IMG/VR virus record: IMGVR_UViG_3300042691_015660
Length of the DNA: 64,000 bases
Reading direction: 5' to 3' (one strand)
From: a virus
In this document: in pieces, positions 10,301 through 18,632 of the stretch
How the letters are laid out: every line of letters starts with the position of its first letter
How positions within the stretch are numbered: position 1 is the stretch's first letter
Notes under the pieces: generated by a model
What the model saw: only the letters and a program-made list of their open reading frames with translations
Databases searched by the model: none
Told to the model about the DNA's origin: nothing
Made by a program: the position numbers and the translations under genes

Positions 10301-13043
10301 TAATGGCAACTCGTCATACGGTACATATGGTACCGTATCCGAAGGCATCGACGTAACAGAAACACCAGTATCTGGAAAAGTAGACAACAGAAGCGTTGAG
10401 GCAAGTATTGAAAGTGTGTTTACCGATTCAGTAGATCAAATTTATAGACTAGAATTTGCCAACGCAGGTATTAATTATAGCACAGCCACATTTACTTTTA
10501 ATGGTCCAGGAGCAAATGCTGCAGCCACTCCAGAATTTAGAGACAACGGTGTCTATTATATTAGGTTAAAAGATTTTGGAGATTCAAGCGGAACTGGTGG
10601 CGCAGGTTATAAAACAATTTCTAATACAGCACAAGCAGGAAATACTACTACAATTACTTTGTCGGCTACCGACACAGCTATTAGTAGTGCCTATGTAGGT
10701 ATGAGGATTTTAATTACCGCAGGTACAGGACTCGGCCAGTACGGTTACATTCAATCATACAACAGCGGAAGTAAAATAGCAACAATTTATAAAGAATCGA
10801 CGGGATCAGCTGGCTGGGATCATGTTAATGCTGGTACAACAATTGCTAGTACATTAGATGTTACCACTGCCTATATTATTGAACCAAGACTGACATTTAC
10901 TAGTCCTGGTTTTACTTCTACAGCAAGGACTATACAAAATGCTGCGTGGGCTGATTCGGTGTTCGGAGATTTAAATGCTACTTATACTAGTGTAGCTTCA
11001 AGTGGGGGATCGGGTGCTGGTGCGGTATTTACTGTAGTTAAATCAGGTAGTTATTACACTACAGTCACATGCACTACACCAGGTTCTGGATATAAAATTG
11101 ATGATACTATTACTATTGCTGGCGCGAATGTAGGTGGAGCAACACCGGCAAATAATATCACAGTAAAAGTTACAAAGGTAGTATCTGGTGGTGTTAATAC
11201 ATTTGACATTAGTGGCACAGCAGCAGGCGGAAGATTTGTAGCTGTAGCAGGTACTACAAGTAGTTACTCAGCAGACGGCGTAACATGGACAGCTGGCGGC
11301 ACAGTAAGTGTGAACGCTATCAAAGTCGCATACGGTAATGGAACATGGATAGCTATCAGTAGTACAGGAACTACTTCTATCAGTACAGATGGCGGTACTA
11401 CATGGACAGCAGGCGGCAGTGCTCCAGCAGGCACTTACACTAATATTGCTTACGGTAATAGTCGTTGGGTAATGATAGGAACTACCACAACAGCAGCTTA
11501 CAGTATTAACGATGGAACAAGTTGGGTAGCAATGACTAGCTTACCAAGTGCTTCGTGGACTAGTGTTGTTTATGGTAATGGTCTATGGGTAGCAGTTGCC
11601 AGTAGCGGCACAACAGCAGCAAGTTCTTCTAACGGAACTAGTTGGACTACAAGAACAATTACTAGCGGCAATTGGGGAAGTGTAACATTTGGTAAAAATA
11701 AATTTGTAGCCTTTCCCGCAGGTGGAACTTTAACTACAGCAGTTTATAGTCTAAATGGAACTACCTGGAGTACTATGACTGTTCCAAGTGCTACTTATAC
11801 TAAGGTAAGTTATGGTCAAGGATTATTTTTTGCTGTTAGTCAGTCTACAGCAGCAGCAACCTCCGAAGACGGATTTAATTGGACTAGTCGTACAATGAGT
11901 ACTAGTGCCAATGGTTATAGCTCTATAGTATTTGGTAATAGTAATAGATCCGGAATATGGTCAGCAGTTCAAGCAGGCGCTGCAGGAACGGTGGCTAGCA
12001 GTACAGTTACGGGTTGTACAACCTACGCAAGAGCATTAGTTACTGACGAAAGAATTAACAGTATCAGAGTAATAGAACCTGGATCAGGTTACAGTAGTGC
12101 TCCTGCGGTAACGATTGTAGATCCAAATAATACTGCCGAAGCAGCTACAGAGGTTCGTAAAGGCGTAGGTGTTTTAGCACAGCCAAACTTTAGCAATAGA
12201 GGAACAGGGTATGAAACAGCACAAGCTTCGGTAACCGGCAACGGAACAATTGATACTTATCAAACTGGTACATTTATTGCTGTTAAGAATCTAACTGCTA
12301 TACCTAGAGCAGGATCTAATGTTCAATTTAGTGGTATTAATGATGTTTACTATAAGCTAGTTAATGTAACTAATCTACTTCCACAAGGAGATAGATATAC
12401 TGCCATTCTACAAGTTAGTCCAGGATGGAATATGGCTGAAAGTGCGGATCACGAAACTGATATTACTATTAGAATTCGTTACAGTCAGGTACGTTTAACC
12501 GGACACGATTTCCTAGATATAGGCACTGGTAACTTTACAAATACAAATTACCCAGGAATACCACTAATTGACCCTGATCCAGATAAAGAAACTAATGAAT
12601 TTGGCGGCGGCCGCGTGTTCTACACCAGTACAGATCAAGACGGTAATTTTAGAGTAGGTGATATTTTTAGTGTTGAACAAAGTACTGGTGTTGCTAGTCT
12701 AAACGCAGAAGCATTTAGTATTGCTGGACTACAAGAATTACAATTAGGCAGTGTGGCGCTTGGAGGTACAGGAGCTACAATTACTGAATTTAGTACCGAT
12801 CCTTACTTTACAGCAGACTCTGACAGTCTTGTACCAACACAGCGAGCAATTAAAGCTTATATTAGTGCTCAAATTGGTAGTGGATCTAGTAGTTTGAACG
12901 TAAATAGTCTCACAGCCGGCATTGTTTACATAGCAGGTGACACAATCACAACGACTACAGGCGCACAAATTAACATAAATACTACGATGAATTTCAACGA
13001 CGGGATAGATGGGTATGCGTTAGCATATAATTTATTCCGTTAA
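7356..13043 (+). CDS. Tail-fibre-like virion protein: 7 CBM-like repeats, beta-helix with two inserted C-x-R-D helical domains, Asp-box beta-propeller
   Basis: Collinear paralogue of 3592 with extra inserts. Six Asp-box/BNR motifs (YSADGVTW, ISTDGGTTW, YSINDGTSW, SSSNGTSW, YSLNGTTW, TSEDGFNW) at about 11.26-11.89 kb. Confidence 0.7.
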   Translation: MAEFNLGRIRFVWKGAWVTSTSYIKDDVVRYGGKTYLCVIGHTAAADFNTDLENIPTRWNQMSDGQEWKGNWSTSTFYKLNDIVKYGGYIYICNDSHTSAATATLGLEQDLFKWDLFAETFDWKTDWTTSTRYKINDIVKYGGITYICNQGHTSAATATLGLEQDQGKWDFLHKGIDYLGTWSGSSVRYKINDVVKYGAGLWICTTYHTSSATFAESNWTQFVEGLEFNDTWNASAVYQPGDTIAYGGYVYISKTNHTNQVPTSNSDDWDLYITGFKYQGAWGLPNFYRVGNVVRHGGYTYVAVADAEASGANVPPNATYWAQLNSGTAWRGPWDGNKTYILGDLVKYGPNSFICINPHTSSTPNRPDNDTAGTYWNVFTAGSELSVLTTQGDLVYYGGAGPTRLPIGREGQVLRVSSSAAPEWAFWGIINCIAYVSPSGEDLPWPNYGPTIDRPFKTIQFASQQIEKGMLYPEASNLIARNRQFIQKEVVSWTNAQVAGPISPFTGAFTFNSAKCERDIGVLVDAIVYDLSHGGNKRIRDFAIYNGEEIAIFAVGEKLQTIAAVNFALSLVQDIISEDTITPYQGTVTQVIDATKEPETAASTIVTSLIGSLTASINAVEDSSSVFDLQTVNYTISVKTGTFNEVLPIIVPSLTAIVGDELRSTRIEPAGSLIAAGDVTYSMAALTRLAAIVSNIVQNVSIVKSTGNPLNQVTSRPAGSVGSGTAAANLFTTAKNYIDFYVNSVGTAPAMRGTNYWTTDENYYRAVNILEENKEFLAEEAVAYINVTYPAYAGTYDEAACKRDVREYVDAIKYDLVYSANVVGNYKTLTAARLYVNAVNGSIDKDMFYLRNGTGLRNCTTAGLTGTLSAPNIYGTRRPSAGAYTSLDPGWGPDDERVWITHRSPYVQNVTTFGTACIGLKVDGNIHNGGNDSIVANDFTQVLSDGIGAWVTNLGRAELVSVFSYYGHIGYLAENGGKIRATNGNSSYGTYGTVSEGIDVTETPVSGKVDNRSVEASIESVFTDSVDQIYRLEFANAGINYSTATFTFNGPGANAAATPEFRDNGVYYIRLKDFGDSSGTGGAGYKTISNTAQAGNTTTITLSATDTAISSAYVGMRILITAGTGLGQYGYIQSYNSGSKIATIYKESTGSAGWDHVNAGTTIASTLDVTTAYIIEPRLTFTSPGFTSTARTIQNAAWADSVFGDLNATYTSVASSGGSGAGAVFTVVKSGSYYTTVTCTTPGSGYKIDDTITIAGANVGGATPANNITVKVTKVVSGGVNTFDISGTAAGGRFVAVAGTTSSYSADGVTWTAGGTVSVNAIKVAYGNGTWIAISSTGTTSISTDGGTTWTAGGSAPAGTYTNIAYGNSRWVMIGTTTTAAYSINDGTSWVAMTSLPSASWTSVVYGNGLWVAVASSGTTAASSSNGTSWTTRTITSGNWGSVTFGKNKFVAFPAGGTLTTAVYSLNGTTWSTMTVPSATYTKVSYGQGLFFAVSQSTAAATSEDGFNWTSRTMSTSANGYSSIVFGNSNRSGIWSAVQAGAAGTVASSTVTGCTTYARALVTDERINSIRVIEPGSGYSSAPAVTIVDPNNTAEAATEVRKGVGVLAQPNFSNRGTGYETAQASVTGNGTIDTYQTGTFIAVKNLTAIPRAGSNVQFSGINDVYYKLVNVTNLLPQGDRYTAILQVSPGWNMAESADHETDITIRIRYSQVRLTGHDFLDIGTGNFTNTNYPGIPLIDPDPDKETNEFGGGRVFYTSTDQDGNFRVGDIFSVEQSTGVASLNAEAFSIAGLQELQLGSVALGGTGATITEFSTDPYFTADSDSLVPTQRAIKAYISAQIGSGSSSLNVNSLTAGIVYIAGDTITTTTGAQININTTMNFNDGIDGYALAYNLFR

Positions 13044-13059
13044 TACAGAGGAAATATAA

Positions 13060-13380
13060 ATGGCATCAGGAAGATTAGGCGCAAATGACCTTACAGTGGC
13101 AACACTAACCACGGTGTACACAGTGCCTGCCAGTACTTTTTCGGTAGTCACAATCAGTGTGTGTAATAGAAGCAATCAAGCAGCTAATATTCGTATTGGG
13201 TTATCTGTTACAGGAACACCAACTACTGCCGAATACATTGAATTTGATACTGAATTATTATCTAAAGGTGTATTAGAACGTACAGGTATTGTTTTAGAAG
13301 CAGCAAGAAACGTTGTAGTTTGGTCGTCCATACCTAATATCAGTGCAGTGGTATACGGCATAGAAACATCAACAACATAA
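13060..13380 (+). CDS. Small beta-rich virion protein
   Basis: 106 aa, GAGG RBS, TTVYTVPA...VCN motif, paralogue of 2865. Confidence 0.6.
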   Translation: MASGRLGANDLTVATLTTVYTVPASTFSVVTISVCNRSNQAANIRIGLSVTGTPTTAEYIEFDTELLSKGVLERTGIVLEAARNVVVWSSIPNISAVVYGIETSTT

Positions 13381-13401
13381 ATAGGAAGTCAGGGGAAATA
13401 A

Positions 13402-13734
13402 ATGGGAAGATATATAACAACAACCGGCACAGCAGGAGCAACGTTCCGTGAAGTCTCTACTAATTATAACGCAGTAGTCAATGATAGAATTTTAGCAACT
13501 ACATCTGGTGGAGCAATTACAATTACATTGCCTGCCAGCGGTGGTCTTCTTGTTAATGATACGATTCAAATCATTGATGTTGGAGCAACATCGGCTACGA
13601 ATAATATAACTGTAGCTAGAAATGGGGCAAAGATTCAGAATATCGCTGATGATTTAACCATTGACACCAACGGTGCGATAGTTACACTAATTTATAGCGG
13701 TGCTACATACGGTTGGATCGTTGCGTCAGCGTAA
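13402..13734 (+). CDS. Small tail-fibre connector-like protein
   Basis: T.GGAITITLPA...D.I.IID......NNITV.RNG..I...LIY.GAT.GW resembles T4 gp34 proximal-fibre repeat units. CATAAATA lies upstream at 13376. Confidence 0.55.
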   Translation: MGRYITTTGTAGATFREVSTNYNAVVNDRILATTSGGAITITLPASGGLLVNDTIQIIDVGATSATNNITVARNGAKIQNIADDLTIDTNGAIVTLIYSGATYGWIVASA

Positions 13735-13752
13735 TAGCTAGGATATTTAAGA

Positions 13753-14982
13753 ATGCCAACATCATTTAAATCACTGGTAGGAACTAAGTCAGAAAATCTT
13801 CTTCCTGGCGAATTTCATTTGGAAAAAGGAAAAATTTGGGCGTACCAACCCAACACTAATCTTACTCCAACATGTTTTTGCTGGTGTCCTCCTACTGGTA
13901 CAGCAGGCGTCGTGGTTATCGATATGTGGGGCGCAGGCGGCAGTGGTGCTCGTATGTGCTGCTGCGGATTTGGGTTACCTGGAAATGCAGGTGCTTACGT
14001 AAGAAAGGTATTTTGTATAAGTGCTAAACAAACATGCTGTACATTTGTTTGTGGAGTAGCACATAACGCCTGTCGTGAAAGTAACTTATGCTTTAGAGGA
14101 TGCTCAGGGCCATCACAAGTTTGCTATTCAGTGGGCTTATGCGGAGAACAAAATCCTAATCCATTAAGTTCGCTGCCAGAAACTATAGATATTAATGGTT
14201 ACGGTGCCGGTGGTCAAGGTATTGCCTGTAGCGGATGCTGCTTTAAATACCAATGTCACACACAATTTGATGGATGTCTGTGCGCACAAGGCGGCAGAGG
14301 CGGTGTCAGTATGTGTAGTACAAGTGAAAGTGCTTGGTGCTGCTTTACATGTCAATGGTTCTGTAGCACAAAACTGAATAATGAAAACTGCGGATTGATC
14401 TGTAACGTACAAAATAGTCACTGTGTATACATGTGCGGATGTACACCAAGTTATATCTATCCAATGTGTTGCTATGCTAACTGCTGGGGATCACCATGCT
14501 GTGTAGCTGAAATGTGTGGCGGAAACTATCGTACAGGACCACAACCTCATATTGCTAGAGGATTTGGTGGTGAAATTAACTGCTGCGGACATTTTAGCTG
14601 CGTGGCATTTATGGCCTGTAATCCAAATAATCCTTGTTGTATTACATCATATATTCCCGGACCTGCAGGTATGTTCAGCAGAGATGGTGTAGTTTTAGCT
14701 GTTTCTCATGAATATAATAACGAATTTAGTAACTATAGTGGTCAAGGTCGTCATCAGCATAACTTTATGGTCAGTGCTGTAAGTCGTAATCCAAGCCAAG
14801 GTATACCATGGGCGTACTGCTGGGGCTTTGGCGGCGGCTGTGGCTGTTACGAAGATTCAGGCTGTTATGCGTATGTTCCTCCAGGACATGGTGGTCACAA
14901 TGCTGTATTTGAAGCAGGTGTAAGAGACCAAGGCGGCAAAGGTGGAAATGCTGCAGTTAGAATTAAATTTATTGCGAGTTAA
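13753..14982 (+). CDS. Cys-rich, Gly-rich adhesin-like protein 1
   Basis: WGAGGSG...GNAGAY...AQGGRGG...GGxGAVRIKF glycine-rich adhesin scaffold. About 47 Cys in 409 aa (hand count). Confidence 0.6.
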   Translation: MPTSFKSLVGTKSENLLPGEFHLEKGKIWAYQPNTNLTPTCFCWCPPTGTAGVVVIDMWGAGGSGARMCCCGFGLPGNAGAYVRKVFCISAKQTCCTFVCGVAHNACRESNLCFRGCSGPSQVCYSVGLCGEQNPNPLSSLPETIDINGYGAGGQGIACSGCCFKYQCHTQFDGCLCAQGGRGGVSMCSTSESAWCCFTCQWFCSTKLNNENCGLICNVQNSHCVYMCGCTPSYIYPMCCYANCWGSPCCVAEMCGGNYRTGPQPHIARGFGGEINCCGHFSCVAFMACNPNNPCCITSYIPGPAGMFSRDGVVLAVSHEYNNEFSNYSGQGRHQHNFMVSAVSRNPSQGIPWAYCWGFGGGCGCYEDSGCYAYVPPGHGGHNAVFEAGVRDQGGKGGNAAVRIKFIAS

Positions 14983-14985
14983 TTA

Positions 14986-15981
14986 ATGCCAACGTCATTT
15001 ACATCATTAGTTAGAGAAAGATTAGCTCAAGCTTTATTCGACGAAGAAAATCTTGAGCAAGGTAAAATTTGGATGTTCTCTGAACCTAATGTGAGAACCA
15101 AACAGTTTTGCTGCGTATGCTGGCAAGCACCGTGTTGTGGTTGTGTAGTATTAGAAGTGTGGGGAGCAGGTGGCAGTGGTGCTCGTATGTGCTGTTGCGG
15201 CGGAGGCATTCCAGGTAATGCCGGTGCTTATTCACGTAAGTGTTTTTGTGTACAAAGAGGTTGCTCGATCACAGGCTGTGTAGGGTTTGCCTGCGGTAAC
15301 GCAGATGCTCTATGTTTTAGAGGTTGTAGCGAACCAACAGGCGTTTGCTGGTTTGGTAACGGCACCGCAGGATGTATCTGCGCTCAAGGCGGTCGTGGCG
15401 GCGCTAGTGTGTGCTCAACGGGTACTAGTTTATTCTGCTGTTTCTTCTTTTTTGGATACTGTGGAACACTAATTAATAGTAATTGTGGAGTTATTTGTAA
15501 TTTTGGAGCAGGCGCCAACGGTGTCACAATCGCCAGTTGTTGTGCTCAAGCCTATGGCGGCGATGTAAATTGTTTTGGAAAATTCAGTTGTGCCGGATTC
15601 TACGGATGCTTGCCAAATTGTGTGTGTAGTCAAGTATATATGGTCACAGGACCTGCTGGATATTTTGGAACAGATGGTACCACATTACAATTTGGTACAG
15701 AAAATGATAACGAGTTTAGTAACTGGTCTGGACAAGGTCACATGCAGTATATTCATGCGATGAATGTCGCCGGAAGAAATCCTGGACAAGGAATTCCAAC
15801 AGAAAGTAAGTGTTGGACAGGCGGACGCAGTTGCGGTTGTTATGAAGCTCAAGGATGTATTGCTTGGCATCCACCAGGATTTCCAGGAATGGCTCCAAGT
15901 CCATGTGCTAACGTAAGAGATCATGGAACACGTGGCGGCCCAGGTGCTATCAGAATTAAATTTATTGCGAGTACAGCATAA
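14986..15981 (+). CDS. Cys-rich, Gly-rich adhesin-like protein 2
   Basis: Same scaffold with shared RMCCCG and CGCYE motifs. About 37 Cys in 331 aa. Confidence 0.6.
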   Translation: MPTSFTSLVRERLAQALFDEENLEQGKIWMFSEPNVRTKQFCCVCWQAPCCGCVVLEVWGAGGSGARMCCCGGGIPGNAGAYSRKCFCVQRGCSITGCVGFACGNADALCFRGCSEPTGVCWFGNGTAGCICAQGGRGGASVCSTGTSLFCCFFFFGYCGTLINSNCGVICNFGAGANGVTIASCCAQAYGGDVNCFGKFSCAGFYGCLPNCVCSQVYMVTGPAGYFGTDGTTLQFGTENDNEFSNWSGQGHMQYIHAMNVAGRNPGQGIPTESKCWTGGRSCGCYEAQGCIAWHPPGFPGMAPSPCANVRDHGTRGGPGAIRIKFIASTA

Positions 15982-16973
15982 TGCCAGTAACATTGACATC
16001 ATTAGTTAAACAAAGATCTAACTCTAATTGGGAAGGAGATATATCCGAAACCAATCTAGAAAAAGGACAAATTTTTGTATTTTCTCCTGGTAATGTGAGA
16101 ACACCTTTTTGCGGTGGATTTTGTTGGCGTGCTCCTGGAACTGGTTGTGCTGTAATAGAAGTTTACGGAGCTGGCGGAAGTAGTAGTCGTATGTGTTGTT
16201 GCGGGTGGGGTATGCCTGGAAACGCAGGTGCTTACGCTCGAAAATGTATATGTGTTACTGCCGGATGTTATGTCACTGGACAAATTGGCTTTAGTTGCGG
16301 TAATGCTGATACAATGTTCTTTAGAGGGTGCTCAGAAGCGACCTGTATTTGTTGGTTTGGTAATGGAACCAACGGGTGTATCTGCGCACAGGGCGGCCGT
16401 GCTGGCTGTAGTATTTGTGCTACAGACGGTAACTGTGGCGGTTATTGCTGTTACAGATCAGTAGGCTATTGCGGAACTAACAATGGCATGGGTAATGGCA
16501 TGGGTACTATATGTAATATAGGTACTACACAGAATTTTATAGCAACTGCCGTAGGCGGTGATTTAAATTGCTGCGGCGGAATAAGCTGTGTGACATTTAG
16601 TTGCAGTTGTCCAACTGCTTCTGGTCGTTGCTGTTATATGGTACATGTTCCAGGACCAGCAGGCGTATGGAGCTGTTGTAATACTCCGTATATTAGCTAT
16701 ACATTTACTGATGATGCTATGGAAGCTCCTATTCCAGGACAAGGCCTACATGGACTCATCGTAGGACTAAGTACTAGTCGTAATGGCACTAAAGGATCGC
16801 CTCATCCTTATAACTGGCGTTCAGATCGTATTTGCGGTTGTTATGAATCTACAGGATGTGTTCCTTATGTTCCGTACGGTTGGGGAGGCGCAGGACTTGC
16901 GTTCTGTGGCGATGTTAGAGATAACGGAGTACGCGGTGGCCAGGGTGCTGTTAAGATAAGATTCTTTAGTTAA
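15981..16973 (+). CDS. Cys-rich, Gly-rich adhesin-like protein 3
   Basis: Same scaffold, about 35 Cys in 330 aa, TAATG-coupled to the previous gene. Confidence 0.6.
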   Translation: MPVTLTSLVKQRSNSNWEGDISETNLEKGQIFVFSPGNVRTPFCGGFCWRAPGTGCAVIEVYGAGGSSSRMCCCGWGMPGNAGAYARKCICVTAGCYVTGQIGFSCGNADTMFFRGCSEATCICWFGNGTNGCICAQGGRAGCSICATDGNCGGYCCYRSVGYCGTNNGMGNGMGTICNIGTTQNFIATAVGGDLNCCGGISCVTFSCSCPTASGRCCYMVHVPGPAGVWSCCNTPYISYTFTDDAMEAPIPGQGLHGLIVGLSTSRNGTKGSPHPYNWRSDRICGCYESTGCVPYVPYGWGGAGLAFCGDVRDNGVRGGQGAVKIRFFS

Positions 16974-16987
16974 TAACAGGAGTATAA

Positions 16988-17617
16988 ATGCGTAAATTTT
17001 TTACGTTTAAGATATCAGACGAACCGTATAAAACAACTACTAATTTGAATAAAACTGTAGATGCTATATATGAAGGTCCAAAATTTTTAGCATTATGTAT
17101 AGATATTTCAACAAATGAAATAAAATACATTGCAAGATCAGGAGAAACTGAAGAAGAACTTCAGTTAACTAACCTAATTGACGATGATCCTAATACCGAA
17201 TTTATTGTTTTAGATGCTTCTGTCAAAACATTTGAAGCGGCATATCTTACAGGATATTACACTCATGATCCTATTCCGGATCATATAGAAACATTGCCAA
17301 CTGGTGAAACTTGGACTTACACATTTTCCGGCGGCGGTATAACTCAGAATTATTTTGGTCAAGATATGTTTTACGTAAACGGAGAATTTACTACTCCTCG
17401 GTTTAGGGAACACGCTATAACAAGAGAAACTATGTTTTCGGGCATACAGAATACTATCAATATGATAAACAGTTCTTTAGCAAACAATGATTATAAACCC
17501 GAAGAACAACAAGCCATAGAAGAATACAAATCGTGGCTTAGTAATTTAGAAACTACTTATCCAAATATAGATCATTGGAAATTACCATTTCCGCCCAGTC
17601 CTCCAAGAATTTATTAA
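16988..17617 (+). CDS. Putative tail-fibre assembly chaperone-like protein
   Basis: Follows the adhesin trio. C-terminus 'QAIEEYKSWLSNLETTYP...WKLPFPPSP' resembles the Y..L.DLP...WP..P ending of phage fibre chaperones. Confidence 0.45.
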   Translation: MRKFFTFKISDEPYKTTTNLNKTVDAIYEGPKFLALCIDISTNEIKYIARSGETEEELQLTNLIDDDPNTEFIVLDASVKTFEAAYLTGYYTHDPIPDHIETLPTGETWTYTFSGGGITQNYFGQDMFYVNGEFTTPRFREHAITRETMFSGIQNTINMINSSLANNDYKPEEQQAIEEYKSWLSNLETTYPNIDHWKLPFPPSPPRIY

Positions 17618-17621
17618 TCTC

Positions 17622-17650
17622 TTGACTCTTAATTAGTCTGGCGCTATTAT
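17622..17650 (+). promoter_or_regulatory. Sigma70-like promoter TTGACT-17-TATTAT
   Basis: Near-consensus -35/-10 with 17-bp spacer in the gap before the GT9-like gene. Confidence 0.55.
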
Positions 17651-17693
17651 ATTAAAAGATATATAATACGCTAGACTTTTTTACGAGGATTAA

Positions 17694-18632
17694 ATGACTA
17701 GATCCAAAGCATTTTTTATCAATGGCGGCGCTGGCCGTGTCATCTGTGCGATTCCTGCTCTTGAAAAATACGAACAAGAGTCCGGCGACAAAGATTTTGT
17801 CATCGTCTGCGAAGGCGGTACAGACTTGTTCAAAGGACACCCAACATTAGATGACAGAACTTACGATGTCTGGCACAAAAACTTGTTCAAAGAAAAGATC
17901 CGAGATAGAGATGTAGTAAGTCCAGAACCTTATAGAATTTGGGAATACTATAATCAACATTGTAGTCTAGCGCAAGCGTTTGATATTGAAATTAACAAAC
18001 AAGGTGTTAGAGAATTGCCTAAACCAAATTTATTCTTGTCTAAGGAAGAAATGCTACATGGAAGACAAGTAGTTACCGAAATTAAAAAAACGTTAAAAAA
18101 AGAAAAATCGATAGTATTTCAACCTTTCGGAAGAGGAATTCAATATATAGATGAAAGTTTTGTAGATCCTACTAGCCGAAGTATTGAGTATAAAGATGTA
18201 AAAGCATTAATTAGAAAATTACAGGAAAATGGATATGCTGTAATTATGATGAGCGAATTAAAACTAGACCTTCGTGAAGAAAAATATAAAGATGATGTAG
18301 CAGCGCCTGAAAATGTTGGGCTAAGACAATGGGCGGCTATTATCAAGTACGCAGATCATTTCTTTGGTTGCGACAGCGTAGGGCAACATTTAGCTTATGC
18401 CATGAATAAGACATCCACAGTAGTTCTTGGTTCAACATATCCTATTAATGTTTCTTATCCTAATGTAAGTACTTTTAATATTTTAGATATGGGCGAAGAA
18501 ACTAGAGAATACAGTCCAATAAGAATAGCACCAGATGAAAGAGTTGATCGTAAACATGAGCATATTATGAGTATGACTCCGGATATTCATGACTATGTGA
18601 TTAATACAATTTTAGGAAAAATAGAAAAATGA
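17694..18632 (+). CDS. GT9-like (heptosyltransferase-like) GT-B glycosyltransferase
   Basis: N-terminal GGAGRVICAIPALE (compare GxxGDxxxxxPAL) and C-terminal FFGCDSVGQHLAYAMNK (compare GT9 DSGxxHLAxA). Confidence 0.6.
   Translation: MTRSKAFFINGGAGRVICAIPALEKYEQESGDKDFVIVCEGGTDLFKGHPTLDDRTYDVWHKNLFKEKIRDRDVVSPEPYRIWEYYNQHCSLAQAFDIEINKQGVRELPKPNLFLSKEEMLHGRQVVTEIKKTLKKEKSIVFQPFGRGIQYIDESFVDPTSRSIEYKDVKALIRKLQENGYAVIMMSELKLDLREEKYKDDVAAPENVGLRQWAAIIKYADHFFGCDSVGQHLAYAMNKTSTVVLGSTYPINVSYPNVSTFNILDMGEETREYSPIRIAPDERVDRKHEHIMSMTPDIHDYVINTILGKIEK

Noticed and set aside
13753-16973. Diversity-generating retroelement acting on the adhesin paralogues
   Set aside because: No reverse transcriptase and no template/variable repeat pair with adenine-specific mismatches seen in the window. 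The paralogues differ at all base types.
13753-16973. Cys excess as a sign of codon reassignment, or RiPP/metallothionein precursors
   Set aside because: Core genes translate normally with ordinary Cys use, and TAA/TAG/TGA all act as stops. The proteins are 330-409 aa with an adhesin scaffold, not short precursors.
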